Source: Laetmonice hystrix
Taxonomy: Eukaryota
Assembly (NCBI GenBank): GCA_965235115.1
Contig: OZ249445.1
Coordinates: forward strand, 10,416,001 to 10,449,000
Reading direction: 5' to 3'
DNA length: 33,000 bases
Shown: positions 1-12,832 of the stretch, piece by piece
Layout of the letters: each line of letters begins with the position of its first letter
Position numbering within the stretch: the first letter of the stretch is position 1
Translations under genes and position numbers: made by a program
The notes under the pieces: model-generated
Seen by the model: only the letters and a program-made list of their open reading frames with translations
The model's database searches: none
Told to the model about the DNA's origin: nothing

Positions 1-1050
1 CAATTTACCACGCACATCCTACATCCACCGATCTTCGTCCAAGATCGCCTTAAAAATCCGTCCGAATTCTCATCCTCTTGTAACTTCGGAACTCCACATG
101 AATGGCAGTGGATGTAAATCAGCAGCACTTTTTTTTAAAATCCACGTTGGTCTCAATCTCAGAAATGAAGTTACGAAAGTGTTAGCTTGGGTCGAGTCAG
201 GCAATCCGCCGCGCAGTGCCCTCACGTATTTGCGCACCACTGTACTGCTTTGGCAAGCACCCACTCCACTGACCCCTCAAGCACATGGCGGTGCCAAAAG
301 TATATATCTTGTCTTGTCAACGCAACCGGTGACTCAATAGAGTGCGAAGTGCACGCCTCTACCTCTAGGGCCGTCAAGCTGTGACCTCCAGTGGTCAGTC
401 AAGTCGTCCTCAGATCGACAGTCCTGAGATCGACAGACCTTGGCATCCCCTGGTCAGGTACTTACCCTAAATCAGGTGCCAATCACGACGAGGTGAGGAG
501 CCGGAGGTTCCAGTCGCTCTACACGGAACTATGCTCCACGGTCGTGCAGCCCCTACCTGGGAGAAGACCGAGATTCTTGCCTGCAGCATGAGGAGTATAA
601 ATACCCGTTGGGAGAGTGGCGGTATAAATAACTCGGTGTGCTCCCAGTTGGGATAGCCCTGGCCTAGTGGTAGTGGATCCCGGGGGTCGGAGGGGCTGGC
701 CCCACGTCAGTGTACTGAATGGGCTGGATCCTTCCCCACTCACCGACCTGTTACACCTGGCATCCACAGGTCTGGGAGAACGGAGGCAGCACCATCATCA
801 GGAGCTCAGCTGTCACGGCCATCCATCACTGAGCGGTCACACTTCATCCACCAATACTCAGCGGTAACACGCAAAGCAAAGTTCTCCCTCCATGTCGATG
901 CTAAGCGGCCATACCTTGACATGGAACTACTTAAAACTCTAAACTGGTTCCCATCTGATTTTCTTTGGAGACCATCTGAACTAACCGGGGCAAAAACAAG
1001 AACTGAATCGGGAGAAACGTCCGGTCTAGCCTGGAGGTTTAACAACAAAA

Positions 1051-1322
1051 CAGGGGCGTATCCAGAAATAGCTTAAGGGTGGTTTCCTAAGTTTAGGTAC
1101 TTAAGAGATGGCCTTAGGTCATGCTCCTCTGGAAAGTTAAAAAAAAGGGACATCAACGAATGCAATCTCAGGAAAGTCTTGTTTGGAAATATGAAGATTT
1201 TCTGGTTAAAATAATGCACTTTTTACACTCCTGTTTTACAAAAATGTCCTTAATATAGTATTTTTTTTCAAGGTGGGGGGGGGGGGGCGGGATACTTGGA
1301 AAGGCCCCTGGATACGCTACTG
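1051..1322. mobile_element. Short inverted-repeat (MITE-like) element
   Basis: Left end CAGGGGCGTATCCAG (1051-1065) matches the reverse complement of the right end, CAGTAGCGTATCCAG (1308-1322), at 13/15. Non-coding interior with a poly-G tract. No target-site duplication seen, so superfamily unassigned. Confidence 0.6.
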
Positions 1323-1998
1323 TAAAAGGTACCTCTCCCGTATAGTCCATTTGAAAACGGATTCATTCGTATGACCAACACTAACCAAGGGGCACCATGG
1401 ACATGAAATATGCAACCATGACTTTCCATCTAGGTGTTCCAACATATTATTATTTACTTGTTTATTCGATAGCCCAAACAGCTTGCATTGCATTGAACCC
1501 CCAAACAACCCTCAGTATAGTGATACACCGACAACCTTGCAGTATATCGATAACCCTAATTCCATCTCCCTCCATAACGGCCACAATACCAAGGTAATGT
1601 GTACCTCCCCTCTGAACGACTCTGTAATGGTTCCCCTGAGGTAGATGTAGAGGTGGCAGCACACAGCCATCACCAATTGATGGTTGTTAATTCAGCCTCA
1701 CATTACACCCTTTGCTCAGATTACAGTGTACAGATCAGAGACAGGTCTCGGCTCGGACGGCATCCTTTCCCCGTTAACCTGTCCCACGGGATCCTCTATC
1801 ACCTCCGCCATGGCCAGGGTCCTCTATATGACAGATACGGCGCCGAATCAACTCGGTATGAACCTACTCGCCCTCTCCTCTTTCAACCGCTACTCCAGTT
1901 GCTGTTCACACCACATAAAGGCTCCTATCTAGATTCCATTCTCTTTGTCCCGATTTTTCGTCCCGAGGCCATTTGAAATTACAGTGCGAGTCAACAGT

Positions 1999-2200
1999 GG
2001 TCCTCAGTGGATCAGCAGTCTAAGCGTTTGGCTCATGAGTGACTACAGGGCCTCTCACCTCTGGGTTCGAATTCCACTCTAGCCTGACGTGAGAAGGTTT
2101 GTCAGTTACCTGCTGTAAGGTCAGCGGTTTTCCTCGGGACACTCCGCTTTCCTCCTCTAGTAAAACGGACCGCCTTGGCTGTTGCGAAGACGTTAACCCC
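1999..2200 (+). mobile_element. tRNA-derived SINE with a MetaSINE/V-SINE-like central domain
   Basis: A-box-like TGGATCAGCAGTC (2008-2020), B-box GGTTCGAATTCC (2064-2075), then AAGGTTTGTCAGTTACCTGCTGTAAGGTCAGCGGTTTTCCTCGGGACACTCCGCTTTCCTCC...AAAACGGACCGCC, which resembles (from memory, not searched) the conserved core of invertebrate MetaSINE-type elements. Confidence 0.75.
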
Positions 2201-5200
2201 CGCAGTGCAGGATCCTACATTTGTAAGGGCATTAATAGCCGAGTGGGTACATTCCTGAGTGAGTATGGATCATAAACTAAACAGGTGCTGGCAACATCTT
2301 GCCATTCAACCACCCTACTACCGGTGATATTTGTTTACTGTGTGCTTATTAAAATCATCTCTAACTCTACCTATTTCACATTTCGCCCTCTCTCTTCATA
2401 CAGATATCGTCAAATGAATCTATCATGTCGAGACCCAGGAGGAGGACGAGGGTGTCGGTGACCTGGAGCAGCCTCCTGGAGCCAACTCCAGACGGCTGTC
2501 GTGCAGTGTGCCGTCTCCAACTCCATCCTACCAGTGTAAGAAAAATCTGATACTGGGATGTACCAGCTACACAACACCGGCACTGGCACCTACATGGGCA
2601 ACCACCAAGTTCATCCTGTTAATTATGTACATTACACTGACTTGATGCCGGAGTAGTTATGAGTCATATAAAATATAACCCTCTAGACCTGCTGTATTAT
2701 GATGTAAGTTAATAGATTCCCCTATCTCTGGTCAGTAAGGCAGGACCATATAGAGATTGAAGAACTCCTGGCACATTATCACATACATAATGGTGTCCTA
2801 ATACGACGAGATATACTTGATGAGATTATAGCCTTGAGAGGTCAGTCACGAGTACTGGCATGAATATACACAGTGTCGAGACGCTCACAACAGCCCTGTA
2901 AATCGTTCCGGTAATCATATTCATGGATTATGTGCGTCGTTTTCCTCACATGCATCCAGTAGTTATAGTTAACAGCATTTGATCTCCTTGTTACCTAGAA
3001 TCCGTATTCTCTTCCTTGTAATTATCAGTCGATAAGATTAACAAAACCATCTCCCCCTTTATCTGCTCACACGGATCTACACATGAGGTAATTCTGACCA
3101 GAATACTGATAGCAAACCAGACTCCCAGATTTACAAGATTATCCTGATTGTAAATAGGATTCGCTAAGATCAAGGCGAACTGGAGCCCATAGCAAGCCAT
3201 AGATCCAAGCCCTATCCATGCGTGCCTCGATGTAAACGACCAGTGAGGGTGAGCATTATATTCCATCCTTGAGCAGGTGTGATTCAGTTAGGCCCTGCAT
3301 GACGTGTTGGGAAGGCCTGGTTAAGAGTTGGAGATATACAAACAACGTCACTTGCTTGGCCAGACACGTTTCCATAAAACAAACATTGGAGCAATAATAT
3401 TCTAATGCAAGTGCCTTTTGTAAGCTCTCACAACACGTACTTCTATGGACAACGAGATGTGCGGAAATATACAGACAGCATTCAGCGGCATGTTCTCAAT
3501 ATCTTCACATAATGCTGCAGTAGACCCGGTATATGAAACCAATAGTAATATGTCATAGTATATACCTTAACAGCAACTACCGTATAGTGTGGCATTATTA
3601 CAGGATTACGGTCCAATCATGACCCCAGTAATCAAAACAATACACATGGGTTGACACGATAAAATGATAAACTCGTACGTCAGTCTGCGCAGTGCGCCTG
3701 GCTGTGTTTGCAGACCTGAGGATCCTGTATGCCACAGCACTGAATGCCAGCAACTACAGTGTTAGGATGGTGCGGCATGGTTCCTTATATCAGAACACTT
3801 GAGTGCAGGCGGTTGAGGCTTAGAGGCGGCGTTTTTACAATACGCCCGCACTGTAGCCAACCGACATACAGTACTTGGAACCCTTAAACCAGGCGCATCC
3901 AGAAACACCTAATCTTGCTACGATTAAAGGATACATATTTTTCCCATTAAATGCCACGCGGGTAATTGCCATTCTCACGCATTGTATTGTTTGGGTTGAG
4001 CTTTACGTATGACATCAGTACTTTGCCAAAACAAAGGAAGCAGACTCTCCCTCCTGCCTGTCTCGATCCCTAGTTTAATTGAAGTTCTCCTAACAATTTC
4101 TCTCAATACTTTGCTGGTATATGCACTGCTTACTTCACCACATACTATTTCAATAGCAAACGCCTTTATCAGTGAGAGCGAAATGCATCTTACGAGTGAC
4201 AAAGTCTTTCAAGTTTTCCCCTTGTGTGCTTCACTCCAAGTTTAAGTGTTACCAGTAACATTTCCGCCTCTCCCTTTCACTAATTTCCCTGTTTACCTTT
4301 TCCTCGCCCATTATTAGCACACCGATAGCCATACTCTTACCTCCGTCAGATCAAAGCCTTCCATGGTGACTTCCCCAAGTGATCCAACTAGAACTCACGA
4401 CTAATCCTCCACCACGCCGCCAGGACTGAATTCTAAAGGCCCCGACTAGACGATGGTGGTTTGATTTAAACACACGTCAGTGTAGCCGGAAGTATAGAAT
4501 TGGCAGTGAGGAAGGTTCCGCACCGAAACAGACCTCATCATGACTGAGGTGAAGGCCAACTCACACACACTGACGATGGGTGGAGGTGGGGGTGGGGGTC
4601 AGGGTAGGCCCGTTACGCCAGCCTCGGCCATGTAACCAAGATCGAAACTCGTTACTCAGGCAAGGTAACGTGGCTGGGCAGTCAACAAGGGTCTGTCAAA
4701 CGACCTGATGATATGAGGCGGGGGTGGAGGGGTGTGGCGGCCAGGGTGGGCTTGAGGCACTCTAAGGTCTCTAAACACAGCCGGGCGGCCACAAGTAGTG
4801 GAGGTAAACGGGCCCGTATCCCTGCAGCGCCCAGAATCAACTGTTGACTGTTGCTCTACGCGCCTCCAGTGAAAAACAAGACCAGCAGGGCACAAAAAGG
4901 TTGATACAACACGCTCTAGGGGTTCTGTCATTGTATCAAACCTACACTTGCCACATTCTGGATATACCATGCTGTTCCATCTTCAGCCATCTACAACCAG
5001 GTCAAAGTTGGTGCAAGGGGAATTAATAACCAGAACCGTAAAAATATTTTACCGTGTCCTGAACAGATTTTGTGTTTATAAAAAACTACTAAGCACTCTT
5101 GTTGTTTATTTAGTAGTTTTACATACACCTAGTTGACTGATTATCTCTACCTAGGTTTGAAGTATTTTGTAGCGTTTTTATCATGAACTGGTTGACTCGG

Positions 5201-7218
5201 TGCAGTGTAAATCGATCTACCAAATGCTTTTATGGTTAATCCAGTGGAACCTCGAATGTAGCTCAGCTGAGACTTCCGGAAGCTCAGCCATAAGAACAAA
5301 CTTTTTTCTCCATATCATAATTTCTTGCAGTCATACACCGGTACTACAGAATTGCTGTGTATAAATAACATTCATCTGCACTATTACACTGCAGGTATTA
5401 CCGACAATAAATACCACATCAATTCCTGATGAATGGCATTCCCCAGTGTGAGACAGACAGAGCAAGACTGATTAGGTATAATCCTCATGGCACGTTAGCC
5501 GTGCAATCTCCAAGTATTTTTTTTCTGTCAAATATCAGGATTTGCCCAGGTTTTGTCCTGATATTCCATTTCTTCTGGTCTTGGTGCCCAGCTAGGGTTT
5601 TACCTTCTTATTACGATTATACACGGTTACCGGCTGCAGTATATAAATATCAGCCTGCCGACCAGGCAGTCTGTAAGCTCCCATCCCCTGGATCCTGACC
5701 GGCTACGTCTGACCTTCAACTCTTCCCGTTCATTACCGCTTGTCTTTCATATCTTTAACTGAACCCGCCGTCTTGTTATTTCGGTCGTTTGTATTGTTTT
5801 TTTTTTCTGTTTTTTTCCCCCCCTTTTTGCCCGGCAAACCCACACTTGTCAGTCCAGTACTGAGGGTCAAGGCAGTACACTTACTTATTCTTTTCACTTT
5901 GGGTAATCCATGCGATATCTAGTAGAATTCCTCTATGAGATTAAAAAAATTTGCTCAAAGGTTTGACGGCTGGCTGAGACGTGTAAGCAGAGAATGTGTA
6001 AAGCAGCTGTATCAGTATCTTTGGCGTTAGCAAACTGAGAGCAGCTTTGAGAGAGCGTCTGCATAATTAACCTTGACCACTGGTGGGGGCGCCATAACAC
6101 TGACGGCCTGTTGACCCGCGGACCTCGAGATCTTCTATGTGAAGTGCTACCACTGATCGGTTGACCAGTAACAAGAGGTGATCAACTGCTCCCTCCGGCT
6201 GATTACCGCGATCTCACACAAACACTTCAACAATAAGTCGTCAGTGTATTCATCAAGAAACAAACAGTAAATGTCAACAGAGGTCCTTGTTTGTGATATC
6301 TGCAGGGACTCCGGTGGTTTGGCCTCCGTCCAACTCTACCTGACCTTCGACTGTCTATTACTGTCACCCACTGGCGGTACAAATATATGTAATGCTGCAC
6401 AAAAATCCACCTGTGTGCTGTCATCTTTGCTATCTGCGCAAAATACCCACTCTAAATGACAGAGAAGACATTTCAAAGTAAACCTGCTTCTAGGAGCGCA
6501 CCGTTCCTGTCTGATAAACGTCGCGATCTCCATCACGTTTTTACACATTCAAATAGTCCTGGCTAATACAATACGTGAGAACCAGCTATACACTTATTGT
6601 TTTACATGAATATCCCCCCATTCAACCTCAATTCTTTACTTCAAGTACTTTAGTGAACGACTTCAGCCTGTTTAGGGTAAATAATATTATTTTTGATCTC
6701 TTTTTTCTTACACAATATCTACTATTGCGAAAGCCGAGAGATACTCGATATGATATAAGGAAGCTAAGGAAGCTGTTGTGATTGGCTGCTGCCGATAGAT
6801 ACAGGACAACAGTCGGCCACTCTGACGTCCTCCGGGCATCCATTATGTGGGTAGAGGAAGGGCAGAAACACCCAAACACTTCCCCACCCCTCGGCTGACG
6901 GTCTATTTCATGCGGTTACAGCCCCTCAATCTACTCTCCCACTCCTCTCTTTCTCCACTTAACCAGGCACCGAGCACTAATCCCTTCTTACACCCCACTT
7001 GAAACTCTGCCAGCTCCAGTTTAACACAAGGCAACGCTCACTTCGTCCTCGGGTCACTGTACACGTTGGAATCAAGCTTTCTATATATAAATACCATAGG
7101 AACATGTAGAACATATTACTCTTCAGTTTTTATATTTAGTTGGCCTGGCCCGAGCCCTACCTCCATTCTCAGTCCATCCCTGGTACGATAACCTCCATCG
7201 GTACCCTCACTGCATGTT

Positions 7219-7427
7219 TTCAAAACGTCATGATCAGAACTGCGCGTCAATGCTCTGCTCATGACGTCTTCAAAACGTCATGACCAGAACTGCGCGTCAT
7301 CAATGGTCTGCTCGTGACGTCTTCAAAACGTCATGACCAGAACTGCGCGTCATCAATGGTCTGCTCGTGACGTCTTCAAAACGTCACGAGCGGAACTGCG
7401 CGTCATCAATGCCCTGCTGTTGACGCA
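7219..7427. repeat. Tandem array of about 4 x 53-bp internally palindromic units
   Basis: Unit TTCAAAACGTCATGACCAGAACTGCGCGTCATCAATGGTCTGCTCGTGACGTC starts at 7219 (50-bp variant), 7269, 7322 and 7375. Confidence 0.95.
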
Positions 7428-10400
7428 TTATCAATGTCAGAACATATGACAACCGATTAAGAATAACGAAAGTAAAGGGGGTGAGCCGCTCGAAAAATTG
7501 CCAAGAGTTTGTCTGAACCAATCAACGACGTTACGAAACAGCTTCAACTCTTCAAAGTGCTCTTTTCTACAAGTAGGTGCCCTTTTAGTAGTGAAGCAAA
7601 TAACTGATATGCCCTATATGAGCCCCCTCCCTCTGCTTCCCGTCCTGATTCCCGAGCTATTTACTACGTGCAGCAAGCACTGCCGCATTTGAGGGAAAAC
7701 AGGTGTTCCTAGTCGACGGGGACCCCCCAAAAACCTACTTGATTTGTAATAATCGCAGAAAAAACAGGTACGACTGTACGACTAAGTAATGTTATCCAAA
7801 CAGTATACCGACACCGATGGCCCACCGGCGTATTCTTCTCATCTCCGCGTCCATACCACATCTAAATGTTCTTGGATTTATTTAACAAGGCAACAGACAT
7901 TTAATCTGAGGCCGTTTTAGTTGTGCCTCTTTTACAACCAAAGGTCATCTTCTAGGCAAGATTGCATTGAATACATTTTATAACCTGTCAATCGCAAAGC
8001 TGACGTACCACCTTAAACATCTGCCATGACGATACACCGTGTCATAAGGCCGATAATAAAGTCACCAATGTGACCATATATTCTGAACTGCAGGTTTTAA
8101 CCACCAAATCTGACAACCAATAACCAACTGAAGAAACATGCCATCTACAGGGACTGCAGCCACACGAGCCGGCAGGACGTAGTTCCCTCAACATCATCTG
8201 TCATAATGATAACCGTGTTCCCGAACGTCTAGCAATAGTCAGAAGGGAAAGGGAAGGGTCGAAATATAGGGCCACCCTCGCACAGCCACCCTAGCCGGTG
8301 AAAACGAGAAATGGAAGGAGGTAAGCAAATATTCCGAATATTAGATATTCCAAGAGTCTACATTACACAACCGCTCGACTTTTTAAAGGCATCCCTGACA
8401 CCTGACACATTGATTAGAAAGCTGTTTGTTGGTGCAGTGATCCGGTTTTTGGAGGAGCAGCTGTCGGTAATCATAGGATAAAAAGATATAAATAGCAAAT
8501 CGGTCGTCATTGCCGATCTGTGCGCACATCAGTCACTGATAAATCATGTAGAGGATTAGTGCGAGTTACATCTTCATAATGATAGCACGGTGCCGGGGGC
8601 AGACTGTCGGTCTATACGCCCGGCCGTCTAAAGCTCTCCTACCCATCACATTATGCGTTATGACCCGGTCTGAGCTATAGAACATTCTCAGACACCTCCA
8701 CCGCCCACCTGTTCCATGGTACTCACCACGACTCAAGGTTCCCATCCTACGACAGGTTGTCCTCGTGATTATCAATACTAAAGGATGATACCTTTTACTT
8801 GCTTGCAACATCTGACTGCTTTTCATTTCCGCGGCCGATTCTGAAAATGGGAACTTACTCCAGATCGCAAGGAAATGGTCAGATGCATCACCCTAGACCA
8901 TCAGAACCTTAATTAAAAATAATTAAAAAATAAAATCCAGGAAAAAAATCAACCTCATTTGAAAGCATTTGATGACTTGTGTTTTAGAAGGATATCAACG
9001 TCACTTATAGAAAATGAGCGAATGAGCGGTGAGGGGCCGTAAATATCATCTTGCCCCAACATCTTACACTGCCCCAGCCGTTCCAACTGGCCCGGAAGAC
9101 AAGGCACTGGAGGCTCTACCGACCGCGCTGGAGGACCTCCTCCAGCGGCTGGTGTATCGGAAACCTGGATGTGGTGTTTTTAGAACATTTTGAAAGTGTG
9201 ATCTTTTGAGGCGGGAGTCGACAGCTGGGGCTGTCCCCACGCATCAGCCGCGGCGTGTATGACAGGGATAATTTTATCTCTGCCATGCCGACTGCCTCCT
9301 GCTTGCCCCCTGTTTGCTTGCTGACCTTTGCGAGCCACTGGAAGTGAAGAGGACCCGTAGAGTGAGCAGCAGCGGGCCAGCAAGCCAACACCAGTCAACT
9401 ATTTGGTGGCTGCCCGGTCGGTGGGCAACCGAGCCACCAATGTCCCAAATGGTTGTGCTAAGAAGAACGACGAGCAGCGGGTTTTGATGGTCGAACATGG
9501 TACTACTGAGGGGACAATCAGTCGGTGTCTTTGCAAGCGGGTCGGCAGACTGCGACCTCAGTCCGCCCTCTTCCCCATGGGAGACAATTCACTGAACATG
9601 GACACAAGCACAAGGTCATCACCTGACACACGGGTCCTATCTAGAGATAGTCGCCAGCTGCAGGCCTTGGCGACCAGGTCGGCTCAGACTTGTCGGGTCT
9701 CATGTTTCTTGTTCTTCCCAATCTATTAGTCGCACCGCATCACCTTACTGAGGGTAGAAGCTTCCACTCCCGTCACTGTAACTGTTTTTTCCCGGTGAAA
9801 GGACCGGCAGAGATGTGCAATTAAAATACAGGTGGCACACTGTTAATTCCCAGCTTGATGCTCAGTGTACCGGTAGAATACAGGTGGAATAGTCTTCATC
9901 AGTGATTATCGAGTGTCTTACCTGTCCAACCCAGACATACCTTTCTCAGCCCATTGTTAATGGTAATTTTTCTTTTTTTTCTGCTTGAAAGGTTCAAATC
10001 AAACATACACAACCCCCTTGGCATACCACCCCCCCCCCCCACCCCCTACCCCCCGGCGCAAACCCGGACCCACCATGTGATGTCATATTTTGATTCCAAA
10101 TCTTCATCAGTCGTAAATGTCACTGCCACTGCGATCATTTTTAGTTCGTTCAAACAAACAACTAATTTTGCTTGACACCCTACACTGCCGCACAATCCTC
10201 CCATTCCCAAGGTGAAGCATGAAAGCTAATTTTCAAGGTCCATTATTTTCTGCTCACATCCTGGATTCGGCCTGAATGTTACCGATATGTTTCAGAAAGC
10301 AACCTAAGAGAAAGAAAACGAAAAACAAGATGGTCGGCATAGAGTTACACCATGCCTCAAGTATTAAACCTAGACTGTTGACGACTTCTGGGCTCTTTGT

Positions 10401-11498
10401 TTGCAATTTTACCATCTCAGTCCAACTTTCCGATCGACCTGAAGCCCCGCCATGTGTTGACTATCTCAACAGGACGGTAAGAAACCCAATAAAGGACGCC
10501 ATTAGCTAAATGTACTATTAATACCAACCGGATTCAGGTGAGCGACGAGAAATTTCCCTCCTTCACCTACATGAAATGATGTTTCATACTAAAAAGATTA
10601 GTTTTTTAGAAGTGATTTGCTTTATTACGCTTTGTCTGACAGCTGCGAGGACATGAACCTTGCCTTGCGTTCAACCACTATCCGTTGTATTATACTCTCG
10701 ATGACGTGTGGTGGCGGTGGGGAGTACGGATTATGTAGGGGGGATTGGTGAATTTTTTTTTATTAATGCACCACTTTTATTAATGAAACTATTTTATCGA
10801 CTTGATCTGACACTAATAGTTTCTGTGCAGATAGATCGCCTGAACGTATGCATACTTCGGCGATATATTGACTTCTTTAATTTTAAAATGCCCCACACTT
10901 CACATCCTAACAAGCACAAAGTTATACGGCCACTTATAAGGCTGTGAATGACCTAAGCTTGACCCTTTGACTTTTGTCATGCCCACATACTTTATATTCT
11001 ACCCAAAGGTCCTGCTTGACCGCGCCATGTTGCTTTCCTTCGAGGCCGTATTTTTCGTCCATTTCCCCCACTAACGGGTACACGGGCGGCTCTATGTGTC
11101 ACACATGATGTTATAGTAGGACTGGCTTCTATTCGGAGATATCAAACGTGGCTGGAGTCTACATCCCATAAATTAATCAACCCTAATCCAAGTGTATATT
11201 TTGAACCAGTTTGTACATTATTTATTTCACAAATGTTGTCAGGAACGATACAGATTCCACTTCAAACGATCACGAAGAACCGTTTCCATGGAAACATTCG
11301 GACACTGTTCACTCAAACAGTCCGTTTAATTCACGTATACAGGTTTAATACTTAAGTGCATGGGACCTGATGGGTGCCACCCTGTTGCACTGTGTCCCGG
11401 GCGTGAATTTATTTTTCGTGAACCTTTCGGGCAAATCATGGGACCATTAGCCAATTAAGAACATAGTTGTGACGTCACACTACGCCTGACGCTAATAC

Positions 11499-11529
11499 TA
11501 ACCCTAACCCTCACCTTAACCCTATCCCT
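11499..11529. repeat. Degenerate (TAACCC)n interstitial telomere-type microsatellite
   Basis: TAACCC TAACCC TCACCT TAACCC TATCCC T; five imperfect hexamers. Confidence 0.7.
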
Positions 11530-12020
11530 TTGTATTTGTTCAAACAAATGTCTAAGTCAACTATATAAACCTATATACATTTGTATTCATTCGGAAATAT
11601 GTAAACAGGGGCTCATTGCGTCCGAAAGGTTTCGGGGAGGGGGGGGGGATCACCCCCTGGCCTTTTTTCATAGAATGTATCATCGTATTTTGCCATAACA
11701 TATCGCTTCCCCGCGCGAATATACGTCCCGTGGATGGGAAAGGCGTGATTGTCTGGTATTATATCTCATGTATGATTCCGTGTCATTGTGAGTCTTTATA
11801 GACTGCTTGATTTTCTCATGTCCACGGACTTCACTGTGTCCACCTGTCTTCTGAACTTGAATCCACGCAGCTATGGGCGCATTTATAATGGCTTTGGACA
11901 ATGCTGACATTTTATCACTCCAAAGTAAAATGCACGATTCAACACCCGGCTAAAAATAGCAGCGGATGTGACAAAGACATTTTACTGAAAATCATCGCAA
12001 AATAGTTTTATTCTTGAGAA

Positions 12021-12181
12021 AGACCTTCAGGCTGAACCAGATATCGATAGAGCTGGATATGGGAGCAACGAGTATTTATTCTATACTCGTTGATAGGAGG
12101 AAAGCCTCTTCAGACCTTCAGGCTGAACCAATCATCGATAGAGCTGAGCTGGATACAGGAGGAAAGCCTGTCCAGGCCTTC
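12021..12181. repeat. Imperfect tandem duplication with a perfect hairpin in copy 1
   Basis: AGACCTTCAGGCTGAACCA at 12021 and 12112; AGGAGGAAAGCCT..CAG.CCTTC twice; 10-bp stem CAACGAGTAT (12066-12075) / ATACTCGTTG (12083-12092). Confidence 0.85.
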
Positions 12182-12399
12182 GTTTCGTAAGACTATTACG
12201 TCATATTCCAGAGCTCCTCGGGGTCGTTTCTCACATTACTGCCAACAGGCTGGTCGGGTACATACATCTGAAATTTATACGTTGCACTTCCCAGGCCCGA
12301 CTTTTATGCCTGGCAGTACAACACTGTATTTCAACATCCATATCGTTGGATCGTTAAACCCTTCGCCAAGACCAATGACTATACCCCCAAGAATGACAC

Positions 12400-12427
12400 C
12401 AAAGAACCTCGATATCGAGGTTCTTTG
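12400..12427. repeat. Perfect 28-bp palindrome
   Basis: CAAAGAACCTCGATATCGAGGTTCTTTG is its own reverse complement. Confidence 0.95.
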
Positions 12428-12787
12428 ATGACACTGCATTTCTTTTCGGGTTTAAATCCGGCCGTGACATCGTGTTCTTGTTGCTTGTCACACTAGACAT
12501 TATCTTGCTTTATATTTTTTCACCGAGTAATATTTAATGCCGCGAGCACATTTTACAGCTTGCACTCGTCGCCCGCTCAATCGCGGGAATTCCGTATCAA
12601 ATTTAAACCTGCTCGACTACTGAGTGTGCTGAACTCATACATCTTTAAGGTAATGCCTTTAAATCCAAACTGGGTGCTAATCGATGTTTAACCAGTCACG
12701 CAGCAGTTGTAGTGATGTGATAATTAAATATCAGGTTGAGCCCCAAGAACTAGGCCCACTGAGGTTGGAAATACCACACCACATCTG

Positions 12788-12832
12788 CTACATGTCACGA
12801 ACAATCAACGCTTCATTTAACACCGTCTTTTC
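12788..12832 (-). CDS. Candidate (alternative) terminal exon of the F-BAR gene: EKTVLNEALIVRDM*
   Basis: Acceptor tttttctcatgtag| 128 nt downstream of the 12960 donor; phase 0 matches the preceding exon and reads 14 codons to TAG. No homology support. Confidence 0.35.
   Translation of the reverse strand, partial: EKTVLNEALIVRDM

Noticed and set aside
1999-2080. Functional tRNA gene
   Set aside because: A and B boxes are present but no convincing cloverleaf, and it runs directly into a SINE-like core.
3975-4202. C-terminus of an R2/NeSL-type retrotransposon (AFAIEIVCG...LFW)
   Set aside because: Only loose resemblance; no RT or endonuclease motifs in adjacent frames.
4656-4970. Chitin-binding peritrophin-A domain (CPAGLVF)
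   Set aside because: The six-cysteine spacing is absent; a 7-residue match is expected by chance.
6336-6548. SH2- or C1-like exon of the F-BAR gene (ATFIRQERCAPRSRFTL, CLLC)
   Set aside because: Lacks FLVR spacing and C1 His/Cys pattern; no compatible splice sites.
7219-7427. CRISPR array
   Set aside because: The sequence between the palindromic arms is the same in each unit (no unique spacers), there are no cas genes, and the context is eukaryotic.
8566-8860. Minus-strand exons with GTAAGT/GTGAGT donors
   Set aside because: The protein-like frames contain stops and do not join in phase with the F-BAR exons.
10990-11760. Protein-like minus-strand fragments (GEMDEKYGLEGKQHGAVKQDLWVEYK; HAFPIHGTYIRAGKRYVMAKYDDTFYEK)
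   Set aside because: Short, stop-bounded, phase-incompatible with exon 7b and not assignable to a family.
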